Below are positions 36,560 to 50,306 of a stretch of 64,000 nt of DNA, in pieces (the first letter of the stretch is position 1; the number at the start of each line of letters is the position of its first letter). The notes beneath the pieces are model-generated. The model was not told the origin of the DNA. It did no database searches and was given only the letters and a program-made list of their open reading frames with translations. This DNA comes from Mobula hypostoma (Eukaryota): contig NC_086098.1 of NCBI RefSeq assembly GCF_963921235.1, forward strand, positions 5,642,001 to 5,706,000. Direction: 5' to 3'. The position numbers and the translations under genes were made by a program.

Positions 36560-39347
36560 TTAGATTATATTAGATTAGATTAGATTAGGTTAGATTAGAT
36601 TAGATTAGATTAGATTCAACTTTATTGTCATTGTGCCAAGTACAGATACAAAGCCAATGAAATGCATTTAGCATCTGACCAGAAATGCAAAGAATAGTGT
36701 TATTTACAAAATAACTACGAATAAAAAAGTGCTACAGCACACAAATATAAAAGTACTGAGACAGTACAATATGGGTGCAATACTGCTTAGCGCTGTGATG
36801 TGAGGTTCAGCAGGGTCACAGCCTCAGGGAAGAAGCTCTTCCTGTGCCTGCTGGTGCGGAAGCAGAGGCTCCTGTAGCACCTACTGGATGGGAGGAGAGT
36901 AAAAAGTCCATGGTTAGGGTGAGATGCATCCTTGATAATGCTTTTCGCCCTGCCCAGGCAGCATTTATGGTAGATGTTCTCAGTGGTGGGCAATTGGCTG
37001 CCGATAATCTGCTGGGCAGTTTTCATCATACGCTGGAGTGCTTTGCGGTCCGATACGGGACAATTGCTACACCACACTGAGATGCAGTTGGTGAGTAAGC
37101 TCTCAGTGGTACAGCGGTAAAAGTCCAGCAGTATCCTGGGACAAAGGTGAGTTTCCTTGATGATCCGCAGGAAATAAAGGCGCTGTTGTGCCTTTTTGAT
37201 CAGGATGGAGGAGCTCAGGGACCAGGTGAGATCCTCGGAAATGTGGACACCAAGGAATTTGAAGCTTGGTACATGCTCCACACAGCTCCATTGATGTAGA
37301 TGGGGACATAAGTGTGACTCCTGGCATGCCTGAAGTCCACAATGATCTCCTTGGTCTTCTGGGTGTTAAGGGCCTGGTTGTTGTCAGCACACCACGCGAC
37401 CAGGTGCTGGACCTTGTCCCTGTAGGCCATCTCGTCGTCCCCTCTGATCAGGCCAACCACCATGGTGTCGTCTGCGAACTTGATTATGGAGTTAGAACCA
37501 TGTACAGGAACGCAGTCATGGGTGAAAAGGGAGTACAGAAGAGGGCTCAGCACACAGCCTTGAGGCACGCTGGTGTTCAGGGTGAGAGTGGAGGAGGAGA
37601 GGTTGTCTAACTTAACTGATTGGGGTCTGTTAGTCAGAAAGTCCAAGGTCCAATTGCAGAGGGATGAGCTGACACAAAGCTGACGAAGTTTGGCAATCAC
37701 CTTGGAGGGGATCACAGTATTGAATGCCGAACTAAAGTCAATGAACAGCATTCTGACGTAAGAGTTGGGGCTGTCCAGGTGGGGCAGGGCAGAGTGAAGT
37801 GCAGTGGAGATGGCGTCCTCTGTTGACCCGTTGGTGCGATAGGCAAATTGATGGGGGTCCAGGGTAGTGGGCAGACAGGATTTCAGATGTGATAGAACCA
37901 GTCTCTCAAAGCATTTTGCAATGATGGGGGTGAGTGCAACTGGGTGGAAGTCATTCAGGTCCGTGGCAGTGGAATGCTTCGGCAATGGCACGATGGTGGT
38001 AATCTTGAAGCTTGTGGAGACAACTGCCTGGGCCAGGGACAGATTGAAAATGTCTGTGAAGACGCTGACCAACTGCCCTGCACAGACTCTGAGCACACGA
38101 CCAGGTATTCCATCTGGACCAGCTGCCTTCCGTACATTCACCCTGCTCAGGGTGGCACAAACATCAGAGGTGGAAAGTGAGAGAGGCAGTTCACCAGGTG
38201 GGAGATCCGCTTTGAGGGTGACCTCCTTATTCTCTTGGTCAAAGCGAGTGTAGAAGTAATTGAGCTCATCAGGGAGGGAAGCAGAGCTGGAAGGGGGCAC
38301 AGTACTAGGTGGTTTGAAGTTTGTAATGACCTGTATGCCATGCCACGTGCGCCAGGGGTCTGAGGAGTTGAAATGCTCCTCGATTCTCTGTTTGTATATG
38401 TGTTTAGCCTGAGAGATTCCCCTCCTCAGGTTGGCCCTGGCTGAGCTGTCAGCCTCCTGGTCTCCAGACCTGAAGGCTGAATTTCTGGCTTTAAGCAGGA
38501 GGAGAACCTCTCTGTTCACCCATGGTTTCTGATTGGGGAAAAGTTTTACTTGTTTTTGTGATGTCACTCTACCTACACACTTGTTGATGTGCTCAAGGAC
38601 AGAGTTGATATATAAATCAATGTTAATCTGAGAGTCTGTGGTGGTATGGGCAGCAAACGCACTCCAGTCTCTGTGCTGGAATTGGTGCTGAAGAGCAGAG
38701 TCAGCCCCCTCCAGCCAGATCTCAATAGTCTTCATTGTGGGGTTCACACGTTTAATGACCGGGCTATACTTGTGAATCAGAAACAATGATAGATGGTCGG
38801 ACTGACCCAGGTGGGGGAGGGTAGTGGCTTTGTAAGCGTCAGCCACATTTGTATAGACATGATGTAAGGTTTTATTTCCCCTTGTGGTGCATGATACATT
38901 TTGGTAAAATTTTGGAAGCACGGTATGTAGGTTACAATGATTAAAGTCCCCAGTGACAATAAAGGCTCTGTCTGGATGCAATGTCTGCAGCTTGCTAATA
39001 GCGGCACTGAGGTCTTTCATGGCTACTTCAGCATTGGCATCCGGTGGAACATACACTGTGACAACAATGATGCATGTAAACTCTCGTGGTTGATAAAAAG
39101 GTCTGCACTTAATAATCAGGTATTCCAGATCAGCAGAGCAATAAGTGTCAGCAATGGTAGAGTTAGTACACCATGATCGATTCACGTAGATGCATAAACC
39201 ACCTCCCCTACTTTTACCTGTCGCTGTTGCAGCTCTGTCAGCCCGGAAGACCGTGCGCCCTTCCAGTTCCACCACGTTGTTTGGGACATCACTGTTTAGC
39301 CACGTCTCCGTAAAAGACATGACGTTACAATCCATAAGCCTTCTTTG
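36560..39347 (-). mobile_element. Rex1/Babar-type LINE with nearly complete APE-RT ORF and one frameshift near 37283
   Basis: FTETWL, GGGLCIYVN, TGDFN, GQSDH, VPQGCVL and KFADD; (tctaa)n tail at 36560-36615. Confidence 0.93.
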
Positions 39348-39649
39348 TATTGGGGGTATGGTATTGATGTGGATAGAGAATTGGTTGGCAGACAGGAAGC
39401 AAAGAGTGGGAATAAACAGGACCTTTTCAGAATGACAGGCGGTGACTAGTAGGGTACCGCAAGGCTCAGTGCTGGGACCCCAGTTGTTTACAATATATAT
39501 TAATGTCTTAGACGAGGGAATTAAATGCAGCATCTCCAAGTTTGCGGATGACACAAAGCTGGGCGGCAGTTTTAGCTGTGAGGAGGATGCTAAGAGGATG
39601 CAGGGTGACTTGGATAGGTTAGGTGAGTGGGCAAATTCATGGCAGATGC
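39348..39649 (+). mobile_element. CR1 RT fragment
   Basis: VPQGSVLGPQLF...KFADDTKL. Confidence 0.88.
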
Positions 39650-40045
39650 TCATTTCTGATGGTTTGGTTGAAGCAGTCAAACTTCGAACTGAATTATATG
39701 CCTTTAAGGCCAATGAACGCAGCAAAATTGGTACTTGCTTTTCATTGTCTATTTCATTTGCTTTAGAATACTGTTCCAATAATTAAGTATACATGAGCCA
39801 GTTAACCGTTGTGTAATCAAACTCATCAATCTTTGATCAATCTCTGATGTAGCCAGCCATTACTGATTTTTGTTAATGATTATTATCACCTGGTACTCAT
39901 TCTAAACGTACCCTGAATTCTTCTGTTTATTGCCTTTTTTAAAAATCTCAACGTCTCTGCACATGCTGGGCTACATTTAACTCGACTGTCCACACAATTA
40001 TTAAATACACAACACTGTGGATGTGTATGTTATGGTGCAATAACA
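39650..40045 (-). mobile_element. Gypsy-type gag N-terminal fragment and leader
   Basis: ATG at 39860 (MAGYI...), then EQYSKANEIDNEKQVPILL. Confidence 0.6.
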
Positions 40046-40620
40046 CCTATGCAGACAGCTGCATCACCTGTTGTATATCCCTCTGTTTGACCTCATGAAA
40101 GTCATTCAAAATTCTTGGTATTCAGAAGGGCGAAAAGTCACTGCAGGTAATTGGGAATTTGGAGTTCAGGTGAAAAAGGATATGATATTATTACTGGCAG
40201 GGTAGATTCAAGGAGGCCATTGTTTTGCTTCTAATTTGTAAGTCTGTAAAATAAATCATTACTTAAATGACTTTCTATCAGTATCAGAAGCCCATCAGAT
40301 TCAGTGCTAATGTAGTTCAAGGTGGATGCCAAACCACTCATTAGAAGATTGAAATACAAGAAGCAAATAAATGTAATAGAAAAAAAATGTTATTATATTT
40401 GTTCATCATCATCCAACTATTAAGAATAATGACTGATTATGCATCTGATTATGTTACTTATAATCTGCTCCAACACAAATATTTTAGTAATCAATGAAAA
40501 ATAGCTAAAAGAACGTGAGGACCCATTTATCCTTCTTTCTGTCAATAATACATCATTATCAGTCATGAAATTAAAATAATCTGATACATTAGCCTAGAAA
40601 TTGAGTAATGTTATGCAGCA

Positions 40621-40734
40621 CACACAACATACTGGAGGAAGTCAGGTGGCCAAGCAGCGTCTATGGAGTCGATGTTTTGGGCCAGGTCCTGAAGAAGCTG
40701 CCTGACCTGCTGGCTTCCTCCAGCATTTTGTGTG
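40621..40734. repeat. Fold-back (inverted) pair of Penelope-like termini
   Basis: acacaacatactggaggaagtcag...cagc pairs with gctg...ctggcttcctccagcattttgtgt. Confidence 0.7.
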
Positions 40735-41149
40735 CATCTGCAAAATCCCACCTGTTCGGGTGGGGGGCCTAAGCAGGTGCTACACCTTGCCCAAGGGTGT
40801 CCTGCAGGCCAGAGGGAAGGAAGGCCTTATACCTCCTTTAGCAGAGTTGTATCTTCAACCCACCACCCAAATATATTGATAAATAGCAATGCAGAAAGCT
40901 CCTTCCTGCAACTGTCATGGAAAAATGGAAGAACATTGGACTTAAACCCAATTCTGATTTTGAATTGCATTTGATTATTTTGCCATTTAAACAGACAGAA
41001 TACTGACATCGGAAAGCCAGACCACTTACTTTCAGAAGTGACATGGGGTTATCAAACACCTTTCAATATTTAGAACATGTGCCAACATAACAAGGAATGC
41101 TTTTTCCAACACACATCTTCATTTAGGGCAGTCATTTGGGGTCGCGTAA

Positions 41150-41800
41150 GTGCTGACACATTGTATCTTTGATTTTCTCATCAGGAGACCACAGTCTGTA
41201 CGAGTTGGAAATAAAATCTCCTCCTTGTCAACAATCAACATTGCTGCATCTCAAAGATGTGTGTGTAGCCCACTGCTCTACTCTCTCTACACCCATAACT
41301 GTGTAGCTAGGCACAGATCAAACAGCATCTATAAATTTGCCAATGACACAACTGTAGTTGTCAGAATTTCAGGTGATGATGAGGAAGTGAACAAGAGTGA
41401 GGTAGATTAGTTGTTTAAGTGGTGCCCCAGCAACAACTTTGGACTCAACTTCAGTATGACCGAGGAATTGATTATGGACTTCAGGAAGGGGAAGTTGAGG
41501 GAACACACACCAGTCCTCATCGAGGGAACAACAGTGGAAAAGGTGAGCAGCTTCAAGCTCTTGGACGTCAACGTCTCTGAAGGTCTATCCAGGCCCCTAC
41601 AAAGAAGGTACGGCAGCTGTTGTATTTCATTTGGCGTTTGAGGAGATTTGGTGCGTTACCAAATACTCTGACAAGTTTTGACAGATGTACTGCGGAGAGC
41701 ATTCTAGCTGGATGTATCACCACCTGAAATGGAAGGGCTACTGCATACAATTGGGAGAAACTGAAATCACAGCCAGCTCCATCATGGGTAATGAAGCAGA
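41150..41800 (+). mobile_element. Old Rex1-type RT fragment
   Basis: DFLIRRPQSVR and [10 protein letters not shown]. Confidence 0.8.
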
Positions 41801-41829
41801 ATCTTTCATGTAATGCCATAGGATTTTAT

Positions 41830-44800
41830 TTTGGTAAGCAGCCTCATCAAATGTCTTCTGAAAATCCAAGTAAACAACATACAGTGGCTCTCCTTTGCCC
41901 ACTGCTTGTTACTTCCTTGAAGAACTCTAACAGGTTTGTCAGGCAAGACTTCCCTTTACAGAAACCATGCTAACTTGTCTCGGAAAGGCAATGTCCATTA
42001 TTAAGGACCTCCAGCACCCAGGGCATGTCCTTTTCTCACTGTTACCATCGGGTAGGAGGTACAGAAGCCTGAAGGCACACACTCAGCAATTCAGGAACAG
42101 CTTCTTCCCCTCTGCCATCCGATTCCTAAATGGACATTGAGCCCTTGGGCACTACCTCATTTTCTTATAATATACAGTATTTCTGTTTTTGCATTTTTTG
42201 AAATCTATTCAATATATGTAATTGATTTACTTGTTTATTTATTATTATCATGTTTATTTTATTTATTATTATTTTCTTTCTGTGCTAGATTATGTATTGC
42301 ATTGAACTGCTGCTGCTAAGTTAACAAATTTCACGTTACATGCCAGTGATAATAAACCTGATTCTGATTCTGAACTTTGACTTATTTTGTCATTAGTCTC
42401 CAAATACCCCGAAACCTCATCCTTAATAATAGACCCCAACACTCTCCCAACCACTGATGTAAGGTTAACTGGCCTATAATTTCCACTATTTTGCCCTCGG
42501 CCCTTCTTAAATAGTTGGAGTAACATTTGCAATCTTCCAGTCACCCGGAACCATGCCAGAATCAAGTGACTCTTGACTAATGCATCCTCATTATCTCTTT
42601 AGCAACCTCTTTCTGAACTCTAAGATGAAGTCTATTTGGTCCACGTGACATATTCACCTTAAGACCTTTAGTTTGCCTAGCATTTTTTCCTTTTTGATAG
42701 CAATGTCACTCACGTATGCCCCCGGACACTCACAGACTTCTGGCACACTGCTAATATCTTCCACAGTGAACTGATGCAAAATACCTATTTAGTTCATCTG
42801 CCATTTCTTTGTCCCCCATTACTACCTCACCAACATCATTTTCCAGTGGTCCAGTATCAACTCTTTACTCTTTAAATAACTGAAATAACTTTTAGTATCC
42901 TGCTTTAAATGGTTGGCTAGTTTGCTCCCACATTTCATCTTTTCCCTTCTCATAGCTTTTTTTATTTGACTTTTGTTGCATTTTAAAAGCTTCCCAATTA
43001 TCCAACTTCCCACTCACCTTTGTGACTTTATATACTCTTTCCTTGGCTTTTATGCCATCCTTGTCAGTCATGGTTTTCTGCTCTTGCCATTTGAGAACTT
43101 ATTCTGTGGGATATATCTATCTTGTGCCTTGCGAAATATTCCCCGAAACTACAGGCATCTCTGTTCTGCTATCATCCCCATCAGTATCACCCTCCAATCT
43201 ACCTGGGCAAGCTCCTCGCTCATGCCTCTGTAATTCCCTTTGTTCCATTGCAATACTGATACATGTGACTTATGCTTCTCCCTCTCACATTGCAGTATGA
43301 ATTCAATCCTGTTATGATCACTGCCTTGTAAAGGTTCTTACACGTTAAGCTGCCTAATAAACATAGAACATAGAACATAGAAATTTATGGCACATTACAG
43401 GCCCTTCGGCCCACAATGTTGTGCCGACCATGTAAACTAATCTAGAAACTGCCTAGAATTTCCCTAACACATAGCCCTCTATTTTACTAAGCTCCATGTA
43501 CCTATCTAAGAGGCTCTTAAAAGACCCTATTGTATCTGCTTCCATCACTGCCGCCAGCAGTGCATTCCACGCACCCAGCACTCTCTGTGTGAAAAACTTA
43601 ACCCTGACATTTCCTCGATACTTATTTCCAAGCACCTTAAAACTATGCCCCTTCATGTTAACCATTTCTGCCCTGAGAAAAAGCCTCTGACTATCCACAT
43701 AATCAATACCTCTCATTATCTTGTATACCTCTATTAGGTCACCTCTCATCCTCCGTCGCTCCAAGGAGAAAAGCCCAAGTACACTCATCCTATTCTCATG
43801 AGGTACTCCCTCCAATTCAGGCAACATCTTTGTAAGTCTCCTCTGCACTCTCTCTATAGTATCTACATCCTTACGTCTCTGTCTAAATGTGCAATGTGCA
43901 ATTTATAGTAATTTATAATAAATAGAATATACAACAATATAACATAGAAATACAGTTGCGTCAGCATGAATTAATCATTTTGATGGTCTGGTGGAAGAAG
44001 CTGTCCTGGAGCCTGTTGGTCCTGGCTTTATGCTGCGGTACCATTTCCCGGATGGTAGCAGCTGGAACAGTTTGTGGTTGGGGTGATTCAGATCTTCAAT
44101 GATCCTTTGGGCTCTTTTTACACACCTGTTAGTGTAAATGTCCTGAATAGTGGGAAGTTCACATCTACAGATGTGCTGGGCTGTCTGCACCACTCTCTGC
44201 AGAGTCCTGCGATTGAGGGAAGTACAGTTCCCATACCAGGCAGTGATGCAGCCAGTCAGGATGCTCTCAATTGTGCCCCTAAAAAAAGACCTTAGGATCT
44301 GGGGGCCCATACCAAACTTCTTCAACTGTCTGAGGCAAAAGAGGCACTGTTGTGCCTTTTTCACCAAACACCAGGTATGTAGAGACCATGTGAGATCCTC
44401 GGTCATGTTTGTGCTGAGGAACTTAAAGCTGTTCATCCTCTCAACCCCAGATCCATTGATGTCAATAGGGGTGAGCCTGTCTCCATTCCTCCTATAATCC
44501 ACAACCAGCTCCTTTGTTTTTGCGACATTAAGGGAGAGGTTGTTTTCTTGACACCACTGTGTCAGAGTGATGACTTCTCTGTAGGCTGCCTCATTGTTAT
44601 TTGAGATAAGGCCAGTCAGTGTTGTGTCATCAGCAAATTTAACTAGCAGATTGGAGCTGTGGGTGGTGACGCGGTTATGGATATTCAAAGAGTAAAAGAC
44701 GGGGTTCAGGGGCATATGAGATGCTCTCCAGTCAGAACAGGACCACAGCCATCATTCTCTTGAATCTCCCCCGGACCCTCTCCAATGCCAGCACATCCTT

Positions 44801-45010
44801 TCGTTTCCACGGATGCTGCCCGACCTGGTGAGTTCCTCCAGCGTGTTGTGAGTGTTGCTTTGACTCCAGCATCTGCAGAGTATTTTGTGTTTCCTTTCTT
44901 ACATATGGAGCCCAAAATTGTTCACAATACTCCAAATGTGTTGTGACTAATTCCTTATAAAGCCTCAGCATTACATTGTTTCTTTTATATTCTAGTCCTG
45001 TCGAAATGTA
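41830..45010 (-). mobile_element. Nested stack: CR1 pieces (41830-41970, 42375-43870, 44705-45010; minus), Rex1 3' end (41975-42372; plus) and Rex1 fragment (43880-44700; minus)
   Basis: NYRPVNLTS, ERRRMRGDLIE, VKFADDTT and KKAQQCLFCLRQL. Confidence 0.82.
44803..44891 (+). mobile_element. Short Penelope-like terminal insertion in CR1
   Basis: gatgctgcccgacctggtgagttcctccagc; tcctttc duplicated at 44796-44802 and 44892-44898. Confidence 0.7.
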
Positions 45011-46944
45011 CCAAAGCTTGGACCTACAATTCTGAGTCAAGGCACTATCACTGAGAGATAATAAGGAACATAAAGAGACACTTAATGAAGTTCAGTGGCA
45101 GGGAAGAAACATTTTGTACAGATTTGCATCTTGCAGAGACTGAATAGTGAATGTATGCTGCTGATCATCTCAGTCACACTACTCCCAGGCCAAGCATATA
45201 CTTAATATTTAAATAAACATTTCCTACCCACAACTTGATTTTTTAATACAACAGAATGTGGATGATGGTTGTTCTTTTAAATTAGTTAAATGCAAACTAT
45301 ACATGCAATATTTTTATTAAATCGCAGATTAGATAATTATCAAAGGAAAAAGAATCGAGAGAACTTTAGAACCATTCGGCTACCACCTATGAAATTCTGA
45401 AATCACCCGCGGAAGCAGAATTCTCCGTTGAAAAGGTAAATCTATTAACAGCTGAAGTCATTAGATTTTCATTATAATATCATTAGACTTTCATTTAAAT
45501 CAATTAAATTGGTTAAACTGCTATAGGTTGTAGTTCAAAGTAAAACCAAGTAATTAGATATTCCAAGTGTGCTGAAATCTTTGATCAAGAATTCAAACCT
45601 TCCACAAAACTCAATACCCAACCTCACTTCTGTATGCTTAGAGATAGAGCAAGGTAGCAAGTCCTTCTGGCCTAATGAGTCTGTGAGCCTAATTATACCC
45701 ATGTGACAGTTTAACCTATTAGCCCATACGACTTTACCTAACCAGTATTGAATGACGTCGCTAGAGTGGACTCGGAGAGAATGTTTCCAGTAGTGGGTGA
45801 GTCTAGGACCAGAAACATAGACTCAGAACACAAGAATGTTCCTTTGGAACAGAGATGAGGTGAAATTCCATCTGCCAGAGGCTGGAGAACCTATGGGATT
45901 CAGTACCGCAGATAGCGTGGAGGCCGTCATTGGGTATATTTAAGTTCTTGATTAGTAAGGGTGTCAAAGATTACAGGGAGAAGGCTGGAGAATGGGGTCA
46001 AGGGTGATTAAAACTCAGCCATGATGAAATGGTGGAGCAGATTCGATGGTTGAAAGGCCTAATTCTGCTCCGATGTCTTATGGTCTTTGGAGTGTGAGCG
46101 GAAACGGGAGGAAATCCACGTGGTCACAGGGAGAACATAGAAACTCCTTACAGACAACGGCAGGCACGTCTCCTCGTCTACTTGCTAGCCAGAGACTGTC
46201 CCTACAGAAAGTCCATTCAGGGCAAGTATTCTGTTGTGTAACAATGAAAGGATCTGAGGCAGTCTGCACTTTGAATACACATATGTACAGTTTGCTGAAA
46301 TTATGCGGCAAGTCACAGGTAATACTTTTACATGGAGAGTGGCGGGCTTGTGGAACACCCTGCAGGGCTGGTGATACGAGCAGAAACATCAGGGGCATTT
46401 AAGAAACTCTTAAAATAGGCACATGGATGACCGAAAACGGAGGTCTATGTAGGAGGGATGAGTTAGATTGATTGTACAGTAGGTTAAAGGGTTAGCACAA
46501 CATTTGGGGCAAAGGGCCAGTACTGTGAATTGTTCTAAATTCTAGTTATTCAGAAGCTGCCTTCTGTATTCACCAGTAGTCAGATTAGGTTAAAAACTTA
46601 TTTTATATGTGTATTCCCTAAATCTTTGAAGATTGTCTCTTAACACCCTAAACATAAGAGATTCTGCAGATGCCGCCTGACCTGCTGAGTTCCTCCAGCA
46701 TTTTGTTTTCGTTGCTCCTAACACCATACCTGACAAACTTTTGCCTTCACGCCAAGATCACTGAAGTAATTTATTTACATATTACACTGAATTATTGTCT
46801 TAACTTGTTTTTATTCTTTCACCCTCCTCTTCCCTTTACAATTATAATTCCCAGCTATGCTTTCCTGGCAATGAACCCATGAACACTACCTCACTACTTT
46901 TTATTTGCTTTTTGAATTTCTTGTTTTAACTTAACTATTTAACT

Positions 46945-47326
46945 CTCTGACGGTGGTGTCTGAAAAGAGGATGCTGTCTAAGTTGCATGCCGTCTTGGAC
47001 AATGTCTCCCATCCACTACATAATGTACTGGTTGGGCACAGGAGTACATTCAGCCAGAGACTCGTTCCACCGAGATGCAGCACAGAGCGTCATAGGAAGT
47101 CATTCCTGCCTGTGGCCATCAAACTGTACAACTCCTCCCTTGGAGGGTCAGACACCCTGAGCCAATAGGCTGGTCCTGGACTTATTTCATAATTTACTGG
47201 CATAATTTACATACTACTATTTAACTCTTTATGGTCCTATTACTATTTATTATTTATGGTGCAACTGTAACGAAAACCAATTTCCCCCGGGATCAATAAC
47301 GTATGACTATGACTATGACTTTGACT
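46945..47326 (+). mobile_element. Young Rex1-type 3' end
   Basis: ORF end HRKSFLPVAIKLYNSS; (tatgac)n tail. Confidence 0.8.
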
Positions 47327-47789
47327 AATAGACAAATTTATATATGTCTATACGAACTGTAATTCAGTTTGTTTTTTTCCCTCAATATTTATTTATCATA
47401 TGTTTCATTGTACTGCTGCCACAAAGACAACAAATTTCACAATATATGGCGGTGATAGTAAACCTGATTCTGAATCTCTGTTTCCAATCTCTCTCTGGTG
47501 TCTCATGCACTTCCTTAACTTTGAGCTGCAAAGGTTTCTGGTGGTTTCATTGCAAATGAATCATTTTCATTACCTAAAGCCAAAAATCTCAAGGAGTGAA
47601 ATTCTTGGATTGCAGTCATTCCTGTGTTTATCCCTTTGTATTTTAGCAGTCTGAAAATTACTGGTCTGCTAACCTAATATTATTGCCATTACAGCAATCA
47701 TCAAAACAATGTACAACTATGAGGGTTTCTATTTATTTTCGAAAGGACCATGAAAATAAAGGTTTGTTCAGTCCAGCTTAAAAGCTAAG

Positions 47790-48830
47790 CAAGTTAGTTG
47801 AGGTATTGAGTTTAAAAGTTAGGAAGTTTTGTTGCAGCTTGCAGGCTGCATTTGGAGTATTGCACACAGTTCTGGTCGGCCCCTGATAAGAAGGATGTCA
47901 AGGTTTTGAAGAGGGTGCAGAAGAGGTTTACCAGGGTGCTGCCCTGTTTAGAGGGCATGTGGTATTATGGAACAAACTTGGGTTGTTTTCTCTGGAACTG
48001 TGGAGGCTGAGGGGAGATAAGATTATGAGACGTGTAGATGGAGTACATAGAACAAATCTTTTTCCCATGTTTGAAATGTCAAATATCAGATGGAATGCAT
48101 TTAAGGTGAGAGTGGGTAACTTCACTGGAAGTGAGAGAGGCAAGTTTTTTGCACAGAGAGTGAATGGGTGCCTGGAATGTATGGCCTGGGATGGTGCAAG
48201 AGGCAGATCCATCAGGGACTTTTAAGAGGCATTTAAATAGGCACATTCATCAACTGTGGGAATGAGTTCAAGAGCCGAGAGGTAACGTTACAGCTATAGA
48301 GGACCTTGGTCAGACCCCACTTGGAGTACAGTGCTCAGTTCTGGTCACCTCACTACTGGAAAGATGTGGAAACTATAGAAAGGCTGCAGAGGAGATTTAG
48401 AAGGCTGTTGCCTGGACTGGGGAGCATGCCTTATGAGAATAGGTTGAATGAACTTGGCCTTGAAGTGATGGAGGATGAGAGGTGTATAAGATGACGAGAA
48501 GTATTGATCATGTGGATAACTAGAGCTTTTTCCCAGGGCTGAAATGGCTAACACAAGGGGCGTCATTTTAAGGTGCTTGGAAGTAGGTACAGAGGGGATG
48601 TCAGAGGTAAGTTTTTCACACAGAGAGTGGTGGGTGTGTGGAATGTACCACGGCAATGAAGGAGGCAGATACAAAAGGGTCTTTTATGAGCCTCTTAAAT
48701 ATGTACATGGAGCTTAGAAAAATAGAGGGCTATGCGGTAGGGAAACTCTAGGCAGGTTCCAGAGTAGGTTACACGGTCAGCACAACGTTATGGGTGGAGG
48801 AACCTGTAATGTGCTATGGATTTCTATTTT
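47790..48830 (+). mobile_element. Two tandem CR1 3' fragments
   Basis: RPHLEYSAQFWSP and CR1 3' UTRs. Confidence 0.82.
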
Positions 48831-49691
48831 ATATATGTCCTATCTGCAAGTGGCTCTCAAACTGTTTTTTTTAAATGGTGTATCAGTTCACATTCCTGGA
48901 GCTTGTTGGCTGACTGTTTTCGGACATTTTCCACGCACAGCTTGGAAGATGGTGCCTTTGGGTTGCGGCCCTACACCCTACCCAGCCCTTTGGAGAACCG
49001 ATTCTGGTCCGGTGTTACCAACTGAGTCGTCACGGGAGAAAAAACATCAGGATGCGCTGCGGCAGATGTATGGACGAGATCTCTGTAGTCCAGAGACTGC
49101 ACTCTCTCTTTCTCAATGGTGGGGAGAGTTTGCTGCTGATTCTCGAGTCGGAGAATCTGGGAATAAATGTGACGCAGTAGACTGCATGTTGTAATAGCGA
49201 CTGTTTGTTGGTCTCCCCTTTTGCTGTGAAATGGCGACATGTCGAACTGTCGGGTAAACAATAGTTTTGTTGGGTGCAGACAATGGCCTCTCTTAGGGGG
49301 ATTTGCTATTGCTTGGCGGGTAGTGGCTGCTGACGCTTTTTGCTGAAATGGGTGGGGGGACGGGGGAGGCTAATGCATTGGCATTCGATGCTGCTTGCAG
49401 AGGAGAGGGCAGAGAAGGGGCTTTCGGGTTCTAACGTTTTTCTGTCATCCATACTTTTAGGGTTCTGCTTTTCATGAACGTCTGCAAAGACAAGTATTTC
49501 AGGTCGTATACCGTATACATTGTCTGATAATAAATGAAATCATTTGAAACCATTATTTCTAGATGCTGCCTGACCTGCTGAGTTCCACTAACATCTTGTG
49601 TGTAGTTTGGTTGGCCATTTGAATACTAATTTAACTGGTTTGGCACAATATTGTGGGTCAAGGGGAATGTGCTGTACTGTTCTATGTTCTA

Positions 49692-49747
49692 CAGACTGCA
49701 CAGAACTCCTTGACTCATAGGGCACCCAAGACTTTTGCACAATACTG
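49692..49747. mobile_element. Ultra-short Tc1/mariner-type MITE, degenerate
   Basis: Right TIR aagacttttgcacaatactg followed by TA; a further half-copy starts at 49849. Confidence 0.6.
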
Positions 49748-50306
49748 TATACTATGTCTTTCGGTTACTAAATAACACTTAATACCATTGAACTAATACC
49801 TAGATAAGTACTCTTTATTTCTCTTCCCTTTCTATTTTAACCAATATACAGTACTGCGCAAACATCTTCAGCACCCTATATGTGCTGAATGTTCTATTAA
49901 TCATGAATAAAAAGCTGCAGATCCTATAAATCTGAAATAAAAACGGAGCACTCTTTCAGCAAATCACAGAATACTATGAGGTAGAGAAATCAAGTGTACT
50001 TCAAGCTTACTGACCTTCGTCAGAACTCACTAGGGCTGGCTGATGGTGTGGTGGTATCAAGGCAGATGGTTCTGAGTTCAAACCCAGCCAGGTTCCGACC
50101 TGGGCAGCAGCAGTATCAGTGCAGAAGAAAAGCCTGGCAGGCTACTTCCATATCTCGCCATGGAAACCCTATGGTCCATGAGGGCACGAAGAGTCGGACT
50201 TGACTAAACGACTGGACAACAATAGAACTAACTATTTACCTGAAGCTATTTCTCTCTATATAGATACTGCCTAACCTGTCAAATATTTCAAGAACTTAGT
50301 TTTTGA

